Below, one piece after another: positions 54,479 through 64,000 of a stretch of DNA of 64,000 bases. The translations under genes and the position numbers were made by a program. Numbering within the stretch: position 1 is the first letter of the stretch; each line of letters starts with the position of its first letter. Source of the DNA: an uncultured Gemmatimonadaceae bacterium. GTDB taxonomy: Bacteria > Gemmatimonadota > Gemmatimonadetes > Gemmatimonadales > Gemmatimonadaceae. The notes below the pieces were generated by a model. That model did not search any database, was not told the origin of the DNA, and worked only from the letters and a program-made list of their open reading frames with translations. Where the stretch lies: contig OY970320.1 of the NCBI GenBank assembly GCA_963716745.1, positions 2,688,001-2,752,000 on the forward strand. The letters are read 5' to 3'.

Positions 54479-55375
54479 TCAGTCGCGGCGCGCCGCGGTG
54501 CCGGCTTTCGGCGGCGGCGCTCCGGGAGCCGGCAGGATCACCGGCGGATTCTCTTTGTTGTTCAGGCTCCAGTTCTGGAAGGCCATCTCGTACGCCGAGC
54601 GACGCAGCGTGAACTGCCCCATCGGCGACGCTTGCACCATGCGCCCTTTCTCATCCACCCAGCCATTCACCATCCCGCCCTCGGCCTGCTCCAGCCGCCA
54701 GGCGCGCACCGTGTCCTGGTGCACGGGGAGCCAGCGCAGCGTCACGGCGTCCAGCGACGCGCTGTCGGTGACGACGAACAGCGACTCCGCTTTCACCGTG
54801 ACCGTCGCCTCTCCGATCGTGCCGCTCATCGGATCGTACACGGTGTAGGTGAACCGTTTGCCCACGTGCGGCCGCTGCTCGAGCACGAGCGCGAGCGGCA
54901 CCGTGGTCGGCAGCATCAGCGGCCCGCGCAATGGCACCGTCGTCGAGTCGGGGCGCGCCGTCCCGGCGGTCACCACCAGCAGCACCGCGCTGTCATGCTC
55001 CACGCGGCCGAATACCGCGTACGGCGTGTAGCTCCCGCCGAGTTCGAAATTGAAGTTCACGAGCTTCATCGCGCGCGAGAGATTCACCACCGAGCGCGCC
55101 GTGAGGCGCCGCACTCCCTGGGGCGCGGGAAGGTCCGCGATGAGCAATTCGTTCAAATGGATGCCGGTGGCCGACGTGTCGAGCGTCGATGACGCATAGC
55201 CGACCCGCAGGCTGTCCAGCGTCAACGCGTAGTACTCGGCGCCCGGCGCCAGCAACAGCGCGGCCTGCGCGAGGCGCTCGGTATCGCCGCGATAGAGCTC
55301 GCGCTTCGCAAGCAGGATCATTCCCGACGCCCACGCCGCGATCACGCCGGCGGCCACAGCCGCGCGAGCGTTCAC
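54479..55375 (-). CDS. Hypothetical membrane-anchored/exported protein upstream of the ABC exporter
   Basis: N-terminal hydrophobic helix followed by a beta-rich domain, with typical codon usage. Confidence 0.65.
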   Translation of the reverse strand: MNARAAVAAGVIAAWASGMILLAKRELYRGDTERLAQAALLLAPGAEYYALTLDSLRVGYASSTLDTSATGIHLNELLIADLPAPQGVRRLTARSVVNLSRAMKLVNFNFELGGSYTPYAVFGRVEHDSAVLLVVTAGTARPDSTTVPLRGPLMLPTTVPLALVLEQRPHVGKRFTYTVYDPMSGTIGEATVTVKAESLFVVTDSASLDAVTLRWLPVHQDTVRAWRLEQAEGGMVNGWVDEKGRMVQASPMGQFTLRRSAYEMAFQNWSLNNKENPPVILPAPGAPPPKAGTAARRD

Positions 55376-55588
55376 GGCGCGAACTCCGCGTTCGCGACCG
55401 TGGTCGGCACGACCAGGGTTTCGGTGTGGGGCATTCGTCTCGGGCAGGGTGTTGAGGAGCGGGAGTCGCCAATCTACGCTTCCACGGGGCGCCGCGGGCA
55501 ATCTATAGACGAGCCACTCCCCCCCAGGCAAGCCGGCGAAGGCGGGGCGGCTTGTCTTGGCCCCGCCTCCCGGCCACCTTTACAGATT

Positions 55589-58453
55589 ATGCCTGAAGAA
55601 CGGCTGATCGTTCGCGGTGCCCGCGAGCACAACCTTCAGAACATCGACGTCGAGATCCCCCGCGACCGCCTCACGGTGATCACGGGGCTCTCCGGCTCGG
55701 GCAAGAGTTCGCTCGCCTTCGACACGATCTACGCGGAGGGCCAGCGCCGCTATGTCGAGTCGCTCTCGGCGTACGCGCGCCAGTTCCTGGGCCTCATGGA
55801 GAAGCCGGACGTCGACGCGATCGAGGGGCTCTCGCCCGCGATCTCGATCGAGCAGAAGACCGCCGGCCACAATCCGCGGTCCACGGTCGGCACGGTCACG
55901 GAGATCTACGATTACCTGCGCCTCCTGTACGCGCGCGCCGGCACGCCGCACTGCCCCAACTGCGGCCGGCCCGTCGAGCGGCAGAGCGCCACGCAGATCG
56001 CCGAGCACGTGCTCGCCTGGCCCGACGGCACGAAGATCGAGGTGCTCGCTCCGCTCGTGCGCGGCCGCAAGGGAGAGTTCCGCGATCTCCTCGCGAACGC
56101 GCGCCAGCAGGGCTTCGTGCGCGCGGTGGTGGACGGCGCCGTCATCGAGCTCGCGTCGCCGCCCAAACTGAACAAGCAGCAGAATCACAGTATCTCGGTC
56201 GTGGTGGACCGGCTGGTCGCGCGCGAATCCGATCGCGGCCGACTCACGGACTCGCTCGAGACCGCGCTCAAGCTCGCCGACGGCCTCGTGGACGTGAAGC
56301 GCGCCGACACCGGCGAGACGCAGCTCTTCTCCGAGCGCTATGGGTGCGCCGTGTGCGGCATCTCGCTGCCCGAGCTCGAGCCGCGCCAGTTCTCGTTCAA
56401 TTCGCCGTTCGGTGCATGTCCGCGCTGCGGCGGACTCGGCACGGAACGCAACGTGAGCGAAGAACTCATCCTCGGCGATCCGAGCATCTCGATCCTCGAA
56501 GGCGTGATCCTGCCATGGGGCGAGCCCGCGGGGCATCTCCGCAAGACGATCCTGCCCGCGCTCGCCAAGCAGTACAAGTTCGATCTCAACGATGCATGGG
56601 GCTCGCTCGCGCCCAAGGTGCGCGAGGTGCTGCTCTACGGTACCGGCGGGAAGAAGACCACATTCCACGTGGACTCGGCTGCCTTCAAGGGCGATTACCA
56701 GGGCGCGTGGGAAGGCGTGATCGCGAATGTGCAGCGGCGCTACGCCGAGACGAGTTCCGATTCCGTGCGCGCGGAACTGCAGGAGTACATGGTGCAGGCC
56801 GCGTGCGGCACCTGCGGAGGCCGCCGGCTCAAGCCTGAATCGCTGGCGGTGACGGTGGCGGGCAAGAACATCGGCGAACTCGTGGAACTCTCGGTGGTGG
56901 AAGCGCGCACCTTCTTCGAGAGCGTGCCGGTGCGCGAGAAGGGGCGTCCCGGCCTCGACCCCGACATCGCCGGCCCCATCCTGAAGGAAGTGCGCGACCG
57001 ACTGCGCTTCCTCGTGGACGTCGGCCTCGACTATCTCACCATGGGCCGCAGTGCGGAATCGCTCTCGGGCGGCGAAGCGCAGCGCATTCGCCTCGCGACG
57101 CAGATCGGATCGCGGCTCGTCGGCGTGCTCTATATCCTCGACGAACCGAGCATCGGCCTCCACCAGCGCGACAATGCGCGCCTTCTCGGCACGCTGCGGC
57201 AGCTGCGCGATCTCGGCAACACGGTGATCGTCGTCGAGCACGACGAAGAGACGATGCGCGCTGCGGACCATCTCATCGATCTCGGGCCGGGCGCCGGCCG
57301 CCACGGCGGACACGTGATCGCCGCCGGCACGGTGGATGAAGTGGAGCGGAACGCATCATCGCTCACGGGTCGTTATCTCAGCGGCGCGCTGCGCATCGAG
57401 GTGCCCGCCGAGCGGCGCGCGCCGCGCAAGGGTTACGCGCTGCGCGTGGAGCACGCGCGCCAGCACAATCTGCGGGATCTCACGGTGGAATTCCCGCTCG
57501 GCCTGTTCGTCGCCGTCACCGGCGTGTCGGGCTCGGGGAAGTCCACGCTCGTGGAAGACATTCTGCAGCGCGCGCTCGCGCGCCATTTCTATCGCGCACG
57601 CGTCATCCCCGGCCAGCACGGCGCGGTGACGGGGCTCGAACATATCGACAAGGTCATCGACATCGACCAGAGCCCGATCGGCCGCACACCGCGCTCGAAT
57701 CCCGCGACGTACACCGGGCTCTTCACGCCGATCCGCGAACTGTTCGCCGAACTCCCCGACGCGAAGATCCGCGGCTACGGGCCCGGCCGCTTCTCGTTCA
57801 ACGTGAAGGGCGGCCGCTGCGAGGCGTGCCAGGGCGATGGACTCGTGAAGATCGAGATGCACTTCCTGCCCGATGTGTACGTGCCCTGCGAGGTGTGCAA
57901 GGGCAAGCGCTACAATCGCGAGACGCTCGAGGTGCGCTTCCGCGGCGCGAACATCGCCGAGGTGCTCGATCTCACGGTGGAAGATGCCGCGCAGTTCTTC
58001 GAGAACCAGCCGCGCATCCGCCAGAAGCTCGAGACGCTCGTGGACGTCGGACTCGGCTACGTGCACCTCGGCCAGAGCGCCACGACGCTCTCCGGCGGCG
58101 AAGCGCAGCGCGTGAAGCTCGCGACCGAACTCTCCAAGCGCGACACTGGACGCACCTTGTACATTCTCGATGAGCCCACCACCGGGCTCCATTTCGAGGA
58201 TGTGCGCATGCTGCTGCAGGTGCTGCACCGGTTGGTCGACCGCGGCAATTCGGTGCTCGTGATCGAGCACAATCTGGACGTGATAAAAACGGCGGACTGG
58301 ATCATCGATCTCGGTCCCGATGGCGGCGCGCGCGGTGGCCAGATCGTCGCTGCCGGCACGCCGGAGGATGTGGCGCGCGTGGATGCGTCGTACACCGGGC
58401 GCTATCTCAAGCCGATGCTGGCGCCCGCGCGCCGCACCGCGAAGGCGGGCTGA
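55589..58453 (+). CDS. uvrA: Excinuclease ABC subunit A
   Basis: [21 protein letters not shown], zinc fingers, LSGGEAQR twice, GVSGSGKST and GRFSFN. Confidence 0.98.
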   Translation: MPEERLIVRGAREHNLQNIDVEIPRDRLTVITGLSGSGKSSLAFDTIYAEGQRRYVESLSAYARQFLGLMEKPDVDAIEGLSPAISIEQKTAGHNPRSTVGTVTEIYDYLRLLYARAGTPHCPNCGRPVERQSATQIAEHVLAWPDGTKIEVLAPLVRGRKGEFRDLLANARQQGFVRAVVDGAVIELASPPKLNKQQNHSISVVVDRLVARESDRGRLTDSLETALKLADGLVDVKRADTGETQLFSERYGCAVCGISLPELEPRQFSFNSPFGACPRCGGLGTERNVSEELILGDPSISILEGVILPWGEPAGHLRKTILPALAKQYKFDLNDAWGSLAPKVREVLLYGTGGKKTTFHVDSAAFKGDYQGAWEGVIANVQRRYAETSSDSVRAELQEYMVQAACGTCGGRRLKPESLAVTVAGKNIGELVELSVVEARTFFESVPVREKGRPGLDPDIAGPILKEVRDRLRFLVDVGLDYLTMGRSAESLSGGEAQRIRLATQIGSRLVGVLYILDEPSIGLHQRDNARLLGTLRQLRDLGNTVIVVEHDEETMRAADHLIDLGPGAGRHGGHVIAAGTVDEVERNASSLTGRYLSGALRIEVPAERRAPRKGYALRVEHARQHNLRDLTVEFPLGLFVAVTGVSGSGKSTLVEDILQRALARHFYRARVIPGQHGAVTGLEHIDKVIDIDQSPIGRTPRSNPATYTGLFTPIRELFAELPDAKIRGYGPGRFSFNVKGGRCEACQGDGLVKIEMHFLPDVYVPCEVCKGKRYNRETLEVRFRGANIAEVLDLTVEDAAQFFENQPRIRQKLETLVDVGLGYVHLGQSATTLSGGEAQRVKLATELSKRDTGRTLYILDEPTTGLHFEDVRMLLQVLHRLVDRGNSVLVIEHNLDVIKTADWIIDLGPDGGARGGQIVAAGTPEDVARVDASYTGRYLKPMLAPARRTAKAG

Positions 58454-58457
58454 CCGC

Positions 58458-59126
58458 ATGGTCTCGCTGCTCGACATCATCGGCCCCGTCATGGTGGGCC
58501 CATCCAGTTCCCACACCGCGGGCGCATGCCGCATCGGTCTGCTCGCGCGCGGGCTCGTGCGCGGCACGCCGCAGTCGGCGCGCATCGAGTTGCACGGGTC
58601 GTTCGCGCGCACCGGCGAGGGGCATGGCACGGACAAGGCGATCGCCGCGGGGCTCCTCGGCTTCCGCCCCGACGACGCGCGCATCCGCGATGCCCTCGAC
58701 ATCGCTGAGCGTGAGGGTCTTGCCTATCGCTTCGAGAAGACCACGCTCGCCGACGATGCGCATCCGAACACCGTGCGCCTCACGGTCACGCGCGGCGACG
58801 AGACGCACGTCGTGACCGCGTCCTCGATCGGCGCCGGCCGCATCGTGCTCAGTGAAGTGGACGGCTATCCGGTGGAAGTGAACGGCAACCTCCACACGAT
58901 CGTGGTGGTGGCCGAGGACCGCCCTGGCTCGGTGGCGCGCATCGCCGGGATCCTCGCCGAGGAGAAAGTGAACCTCGCGACGATGCGACTCACGCGCCTC
59001 GCGCGCGGCGGCGACGCGTTCATGGTGCTCGAGTGCGACGACGCCGCGAGCGACCACGCGATCGCCGCGATCGAGAAGCTCGAGTGGGTGCGCTGGGCGC
59101 GCCGCCTCGACAAAGTGGGCGGCTGA
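58458..59126 (+). CDS. sdaAB: L-serine dehydratase, Fe-S dependent, beta subunit (with ACT domain)
   Basis: IIGPVMVGPSSSHTAGA, GHGTDKAI, HPNT and a C-terminal ACT domain (DRPG). Confidence 0.95.
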   Translation: MVSLLDIIGPVMVGPSSSHTAGACRIGLLARGLVRGTPQSARIELHGSFARTGEGHGTDKAIAAGLLGFRPDDARIRDALDIAEREGLAYRFEKTTLADDAHPNTVRLTVTRGDETHVVTASSIGAGRIVLSEVDGYPVEVNGNLHTIVVVAEDRPGSVARIAGILAEEKVNLATMRLTRLARGGDAFMVLECDDAASDHAIAAIEKLEWVRWARRLDKVGG

Positions 59127-59127
59127 C

Positions 59128-60012
59128 ATGTATAAGTCGCTCGCCGACGCCATTCGCGACGCCGAATCGCGCCACGTGCCGCTCTCGCGCGTCGCGCTCG
59201 ACGCCGAAGCGAAGGACCAGGGACGCCCGGTCGCCGAGATCCGCGATGCCCTTCGTCGCGCGCTCGAGGTGATGCGCGGCGCCGTGGATCGCGGCATGGT
59301 CGGCGACCTGTACTCGGCATCCGGCCTCGTGGGCGGCGACGCGGCCAAGCTCCGCACCGGCCCGAAAGGCCCGCTCGGCGACACGCTCTTCCGCGACGTG
59401 CTCGCGCGCGCCCTCTCGGTGCAGGAAGTGAACGCCGCCATGGGCGTGATCGTCGCCGCACCCACGGCGGGCGGCGCGGGCGTCGTGCCCGCGGTGCTCA
59501 CCGGCGTCGCCTCCGCGCGCGATCTGGATGATGAGAAACTCATCGATGCCCTCGCCACCGCCGGCCTCATCGGCGCGGTGGTGGCCGAGCGCGCGTCGCT
59601 CTCGGGCGCGGAGGGCGGCTGTCAGGCCGAGACCGGCGCCGCCGCCGCGATGGCCGCCGGCGCCACGGTCGAGATGATCGGCGGCACGCCGTCGCAATCG
59701 GGACACGCGGTCGCGCTCACGATGCAGGGCATGCTCGGTCTCATCTGCGATCCGCTCGGCGGCCTCGTCGAGCTCCCCTGCGTCTATCGCAACGCGACCG
59801 GTTCGGCCATCGCGCTCGCCGGGATCGAGATGGCGATGGCCGGCGTCACCTTCGCGATCCCGGTGGACGAAGTGATCGACGTGATGGGCGAAGTCGGCCG
59901 CGGCATGGACGTGCGCTACCGCGAGACCGCGGGCGGCGGCCTGGCCGCGACGCCCACTGGGCGCCGCCTCGCGCGCGAGCGCCTCGTGCAGCTCAAGCGC
60001 GCGGGCGACTAG
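59128..60012 (+). CDS. sdaAA: L-serine dehydratase, Fe-S dependent, alpha subunit
   Basis: EVNAAMG, APTAG, SGAEGGCQAE, LGLICDP, PCVYRN and RETAGGGLA. Confidence 0.95.
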   Translation: MYKSLADAIRDAESRHVPLSRVALDAEAKDQGRPVAEIRDALRRALEVMRGAVDRGMVGDLYSASGLVGGDAAKLRTGPKGPLGDTLFRDVLARALSVQEVNAAMGVIVAAPTAGGAGVVPAVLTGVASARDLDDEKLIDALATAGLIGAVVAERASLSGAEGGCQAETGAAAAMAAGATVEMIGGTPSQSGHAVALTMQGMLGLICDPLGGLVELPCVYRNATGSAIALAGIEMAMAGVTFAIPVDEVIDVMGEVGRGMDVRYRETAGGGLAATPTGRRLARERLVQLKRAGD

Positions 60013-60136
60013 CGGCGCGTCCGCTGTCGTTATCCGCCGGCCCGCGCTATCTTCGAAACACGGGCCCGGGCCCGGTCGTACAGGCAAAGAGAGTCTCCCG
60101 TTCCACCCGACGCACCACCGAAACCACGGAACATCC

Positions 60137-60541
60137 ATGGTATCGAAAGAGGACCTCGAAGGATTCCTCGAACGTCTCGCCAACGAAGGCGCGAGCCACA
60201 ACGAGATCAATCCCGGCATGTGGATCGTCAAGCCGAGCGGTGCGCTCGACGCGGACGTGGTCGTCCATTATTCGCCGCCGGTCGTCCTGTTGCGGCTGAA
60301 GGTCATGGAGGTCCCGAAGGACAAGAAGTCGCACGAGAAGCTCTATCGCCGTCTGCTCGAGTTCAACGCGAGCGAACTGGTGCACGGCTCCTATGGCATC
60401 GAGGGCGATGCCGTGGTGCTCACCGAGGCGCTCGAGCTTGGACATCTCGACTATGAAGAATTCCTCGCCAGCTTCGAATCAATGACGCTCTCCCTCACCG
60501 CGCACATGCGGGAGCTGGCGCAGTTCCGCGAGGTACGCTGA
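60137..60541 (+). CDS. CesT/YbjN-like (type III chaperone fold) protein
   Basis: Acidic 134-aa protein with LYRRLLEFNASELVHGSYGIEGD...LDYEEFLASFES, directly upstream of pspA. Confidence 0.75.
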   Translation: MVSKEDLEGFLERLANEGASHNEINPGMWIVKPSGALDADVVVHYSPPVVLLRLKVMEVPKDKKSHEKLYRRLLEFNASELVHGSYGIEGDAVVLTEALELGHLDYEEFLASFESMTLSLTAHMRELAQFREVR

Positions 60542-60543
60542 CC

Positions 60544-61332
60544 ATGGGCATCTTCGACCGTTTGTCCTCATTGCTGAGGTCGAACATCAACGATCTCATC
60601 TCCCGGGCCGAAGACCCGGAGAAGATGCTGCATCAGATCATCATCGACATGCGCACGCAGCTCGCGAAGGCCAAGCAGCAGGTGGCCGGCGCGATCGCGG
60701 ACGAGAAGCGTCTGAAGGACCAGGTGGACGCCGAGTACAAGCTCGCCGCCGAATGGGAATCGCGCGCGATGCTCGCGGTGAAGGAAGGCCGCGACGATCT
60801 CGCGAAGCAGGCGCTCATGCGCAACAACGAGCACACGACGCACGCGCAGACGCTCGACGCCACGTGGCAGCAGCATCAGGCCGAGACCGAGAAGCTCAAG
60901 AACTCGCTGCGCGACCTGAACGACAAGATCGAAGAGGCGCGCCGCAAGAAGAACCTGCTCATCGCGCGCCAGAAGCGCTCGGAGGCGCAGAAGCGGATCG
61001 CTGAGACGATGTCGTCGATGTCCGAGAAGTCGGCGTTCGAGGCGTTCTCGCGCATGGAGGCGCGCATCGAGGACAACGAGCGCCGCGTGATCGCGAACGT
61101 CGAGATCGATGAAGAGTTCAGCGGAGACCGGCTCGCCAAGGACTTCAAGGTGCTCGAAAAGGGCGCGGGTGCCGCGAGCGCCGAGGCGCAGCTGCTCGCG
61201 CTCAAGCAGAAGATGGGCATGCTCGGCGCGGGATCGAGCGCGCCAGCCAAGCGCATCGGAGCCGGTGAGAAGGACGCCGAGACCGTGCACGCCGAGATCG
61301 AGGACGCTTCCGGGGAGAAGAAGAAGGCGTGA
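60544..61332 (+). CDS. pspA: PspA/IM30 (ESCRT-III-like) family protein
   Basis: MGIFDRLSSLLRSNINDLISRAEDPEKML, GRDDLAKQAL, AFEAFSRMEARI and LLALKQKMG. Confidence 0.95.
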   Translation: MGIFDRLSSLLRSNINDLISRAEDPEKMLHQIIIDMRTQLAKAKQQVAGAIADEKRLKDQVDAEYKLAAEWESRAMLAVKEGRDDLAKQALMRNNEHTTHAQTLDATWQQHQAETEKLKNSLRDLNDKIEEARRKKNLLIARQKRSEAQKRIAETMSSMSEKSAFEAFSRMEARIEDNERRVIANVEIDEEFSGDRLAKDFKVLEKGAGAASAEAQLLALKQKMGMLGAGSSAPAKRIGAGEKDAETVHAEIEDASGEKKKA

Positions 61333-62429
61333 GCGCAGTGCCCGCGGAACGTGATCTGAAGTTCGTGATCCTCGTCGAAGGCCAGTTCGGTCCGCTCACT
61401 TCCAAGACCGCGAATTCGTGCATCCGGTACACGCCGGAGCGCGTGAGCGCGGTGATCGATTCGCGCCGCGCCGGCAAGACCTCGCAGCAGATCCTCGGCT
61501 TCGGCGGCGCGATCCCGGTCGTCGCGAGCGTCGAGGCCGCGATGGCGGTGAAACCGACGCCGAACGCGCTCCTCATCGGCGTCGCGCCAATGGGCGGCAA
61601 GCTGCCCGCCGAGTGGCGCGCGATGGTGTTCGCCGCGCTCGACCGCCGGCTCGAGATCTGGAGCGGGCTGCACACGTTCATCGGCGACGATCCGGAGTTC
61701 GCGGCGCGCGCGCGCGAGCGCGGCGTGGCGATCCACGATCTGCGGAAGCCGCCGGCCGATCTGCCTGTCGCCGGCGGGCGCGTGCGCGGCGTGGATGCGA
61801 CGGTGGTGCTCACCGTCGGCACCGATTGCAACATCGGCAAGATGACCGCGGCGCTGCAGGTGCGCGACGCACTGCGCGCGCGCGATCTGCGCGTGCGCTT
61901 CGCCGGCACGGGACAGACCGGCATCCTCATCGAAGGGTGGGGCACCGCGGTGGACGCCGTGATCGCCGACTTCATCGCGGGTGCGGCCGAGCGCCTCGTG
62001 GTCGAAGCGGCGAATGGCGCGGACATCGTGCTCGTCGAGGGGCAGGGGTCGGTGATCCACCCGGGCTACTCGGGCGTCACGATGGGTCTCATCCACGGCT
62101 CGCTGCCGCACGCGATGGTGATGTGCCACCAACCGTCGCGCAAACACATCGGCAACAACACGTGGGTCACGATCCCGCCGCTGCCGGCGTTCATCAAGCT
62201 GCACGAGGCGATCGTGGCGCATCTGCGCCCTGCGCCGGTGATCGCGGTGTCGCTCAACACGTACGATCTGTCGCTGCGCGCGGCGAAGGCGGCCATCGCG
62301 AAGACGGAGCGGTCCACAGGACTGCCGACGACCGATCCCGTGCGCTTCGATCCGGCTCCCATCGCGGACGCGATCGACCGCTTCCACCGCCGGCGCACGA
62401 AGCGCCCCGCGAAGAAGCGCTCTCGCTAG
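61329..62429 (+). CDS. DUF1611 family P-loop protein (DgcN-like, D-glutamate N-acetyltransferase family)
   Basis: KTA, IGVAPMGGKLP, SGLH, VGTDCNIGKMT, TGQTGILI, DAVIADFIAGA, VEGQGS..HPGY and DPVRF. Confidence 0.88.
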   Translation: MSAVPAERDLKFVILVEGQFGPLTSKTANSCIRYTPERVSAVIDSRRAGKTSQQILGFGGAIPVVASVEAAMAVKPTPNALLIGVAPMGGKLPAEWRAMVFAALDRRLEIWSGLHTFIGDDPEFAARARERGVAIHDLRKPPADLPVAGGRVRGVDATVVLTVGTDCNIGKMTAALQVRDALRARDLRVRFAGTGQTGILIEGWGTAVDAVIADFIAGAAERLVVEAANGADIVLVEGQGSVIHPGYSGVTMGLIHGSLPHAMVMCHQPSRKHIGNNTWVTIPPLPAFIKLHEAIVAHLRPAPVIAVSLNTYDLSLRAAKAAIAKTERSTGLPTTDPVRFDPAPIADAIDRFHRRRTKRPAKKRSR

Positions 62430-62474
62430 CCGCCGGATCGCGCGCGCGAATGGGTGCGCGTGCAATGATCGGAT

Positions 62475-62492
62475 GACGGTCTTCTGACCGTC
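62475..62492. promoter_or_regulatory. Perfect inverted repeat, candidate operator or small hairpin
   Basis: GACGGTC-TTCT-GACCGTC, next to an AT-rich CATATAT patch. Confidence 0.4.
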
Positions 62493-62694
62493 CCCATATA
62501 TGCTCTCGTCACGATCCCAGCGGTGCGCTGCCGAGTGCGCTGTTGGCGACCCCACCACCGGTGGCGTGTCGCGTCGTGGCGCCCGTAGTCGCGCCGACGC
62601 CCGCCGCTGGGACGCGAGCCCGAGCGCCCGCGCCAGGTCGAGGTCGGGCAGGGCATCTCCCGCGGCCGCGCGGGAACAGCACGTGGAGTCACCA

Positions 62695-63624
62695 ATGCGT
62701 CTTGCGACAATCGGCGGCGCCGCCGCCTTCGTTCTTGCGAGTGTGGTCGTCGCATGCTCGGATCAGCCAGGGAGTCCGAGCGCCGCCATCACCGCGCCGC
62801 GTTCGGGAATGCTCGAGGGCTCGCGGTTCCGGTTGCAGGGGATGGGCAGCGTGAATATCCGGACCGCCAACGGCGTCATCGCGCGCGCGCTGCCCGGGTG
62901 GACGGCCACCGGCACCGCGCGCGGCGGCGTGGTGAGCGACGAGAGCGGATCCTCGCCGCTCGGTGTGATCGCGATCTCGGCCTCGCTCGTGAGGCCGAAT
63001 GGCGGCGACCGCCAGACAACGCTCACCGATGCTGAAGGAAATCATCTCACCGTCGCATTCTATGGCGGCACGAACGGCTCGCCGGTGCGCGCGGTGCGAT
63101 TCTATAAGAACGGCGCGCTCGAGTACGCGACGGACTACGAATGGGCGAGCGCCGCAGGCGGCTGGGTGCTCCGCTCGGTGACACGCGTCGTGATGCGCGA
63201 TGGGCAGGTCGCGGCGAGGATCCACGTGAGCGCTTCCGGTGCGGTCCAGATGGCATCTCGCGGCGTCGCGGGCGACATGCTCGCACAACTCGGAGCGTCG
63301 GCGATGCGCGCCGTCGCGCCTCACGATCTCGCGGCGCAGGACATCCTCTCGGGGCAGTGCCGCAAACAAGCGCTCGACTATTACGCCGCCCAGGCTGCCC
63401 TCTCGGCCGCAATCATCGCGTTCGAAACGAATCCGAACTATGTGACCGCATTGCTCGTCGCGGCTGCGTCCGCGAAGGCGACGACCGCCGAAATGACCTA
63501 CTGGCTGTGTCTCGAGAACCAGCAGAGCAAACAGAACCCGATCGGCACGCCGCCTCCGGGTCCGGTCATTTGCAACAATTCGCCAACTGTCGACCCGTTC
63601 TGTTCACCGCCGGATCAGCAGTGA
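62695..63624 (+). CDS. Hypothetical lipoprotein with a Cys-flanked hydrophobic C-terminal domain
   Basis: Lipobox VVVA-C, GGAG RBS, a beta-rich N-terminal region, and an Ala-rich C-terminal region with 4 Cys. Confidence 0.7.
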   Translation: MRLATIGGAAAFVLASVVVACSDQPGSPSAAITAPRSGMLEGSRFRLQGMGSVNIRTANGVIARALPGWTATGTARGGVVSDESGSSPLGVIAISASLVRPNGGDRQTTLTDAEGNHLTVAFYGGTNGSPVRAVRFYKNGALEYATDYEWASAAGGWVLRSVTRVVMRDGQVAARIHVSASGAVQMASRGVAGDMLAQLGASAMRAVAPHDLAAQDILSGQCRKQALDYYAAQAALSAAIIAFETNPNYVTALLVAAASAKATTAEMTYWLCLENQQSKQNPIGTPPPGPVICNNSPTVDPFCSPPDQQ

Positions 63625-63634
63625 TGCGTTCCAA

Positions 63635-63674
63635 CGTTGTGCGGCGCCGGCGATCTGTCCGGCGCCGCGCAACG
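63635..63674. other. Intercistronic stem-loop
   Basis: CGTTGTGCGGCGCCGG / CCGGCGCCGCGCAACG form a 16-bp stem with no U-tract. Confidence 0.6.
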
Positions 63675-63698
63675 CCTCTTCAACCAGACGGAGGACCC

Positions 63699-64000
63699 AT
63701 GTCTCGATCGTGGATCACTGGGGCGATCATCATCGTTGCCAGCTTGCTCGCCCTCATCGTCGCGTCGCCGCTGGGCGTCCGATTCGGCTCCGAGTGGATG
63801 CCCGCGATCGATTTCGCGGTCGGCTCGACGCTCGTGTTGGTCGCGTTCCTCGAGGGCGCGCGCGCGTTCGGCGCGTGGTTCAACCGCCGCGCGTCGCTCG
63901 CGTGGATCGCGGGCGGGCTTGTCACGGCGGCCGCGATGTTCGCAGCGGGCACGTCGTTCATGATCCACGCGCGCCACATGGAGAATGATTCGATCGTCAC
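63699..64000 (+). CDS. Partial multi-TM membrane protein (runs off the window)
   Basis: GGAGG RBS. Manual translation MSRSWITGAIIIVASLLALIVASPLG...AIDFAVGSTLVLVAFL...SLAWIAGGLVTAAAMFAAG is open to the window end. Confidence 0.65.
   Translation, partial: MSRSWITGAIIIVASLLALIVASPLGVRFGSEWMPAIDFAVGSTLVLVAFLEGARAFGAWFNRRASLAWIAGGLVTAAAMFAAGTSFMIHARHMENDSIV

Overview
A high-GC bacterial chromosomal segment of mostly housekeeping genes. Gene style and content suggest Gemmatimonadota; this is an inference, not a database result. It carries an opp/dpp peptide ABC operon, a lipoate ligase-gcvP-gcvH cluster, coaE-tdk, sbcDC, folE, a fatty acyl-CoA ligase, ligA, pdp, recF-dciA-gyrB, glpK, uvrA, sdaAB/AA and a cesT-like-pspA-DUF1611 operon. 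Many genes, including essential ligA, are broken by single-base frameshifts, which most likely reflect uncorrected long-read assembly errors. I see no rRNA, tRNA, CRISPR array, transposase or prophage. Points worth following up: (1) a family of palindromic intergenic repeat elements (10267-10479, 42379-42662) and several long hairpins with 7/14-nt periodic arms; (2) a probable 6S RNA with a textbook promoter and terminator (about 28394-28564); (3) apparent pseudo-enzymes, namely a motif-less DEAD-box/DbpA protein, a CcmF lacking heme ligands and a Trm112-like fusion; (4) a lipoprotein with an internal processing-like site and a Cys-clamped hydrophobic C-terminal hairpin, followed by a membrane protein (candidate toxin/immunity pair); (5) PspA coupled to a CesT-like chaperone and a DUF1611 protein. 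Start codons were refined by eye and are approximate for frameshifted genes.
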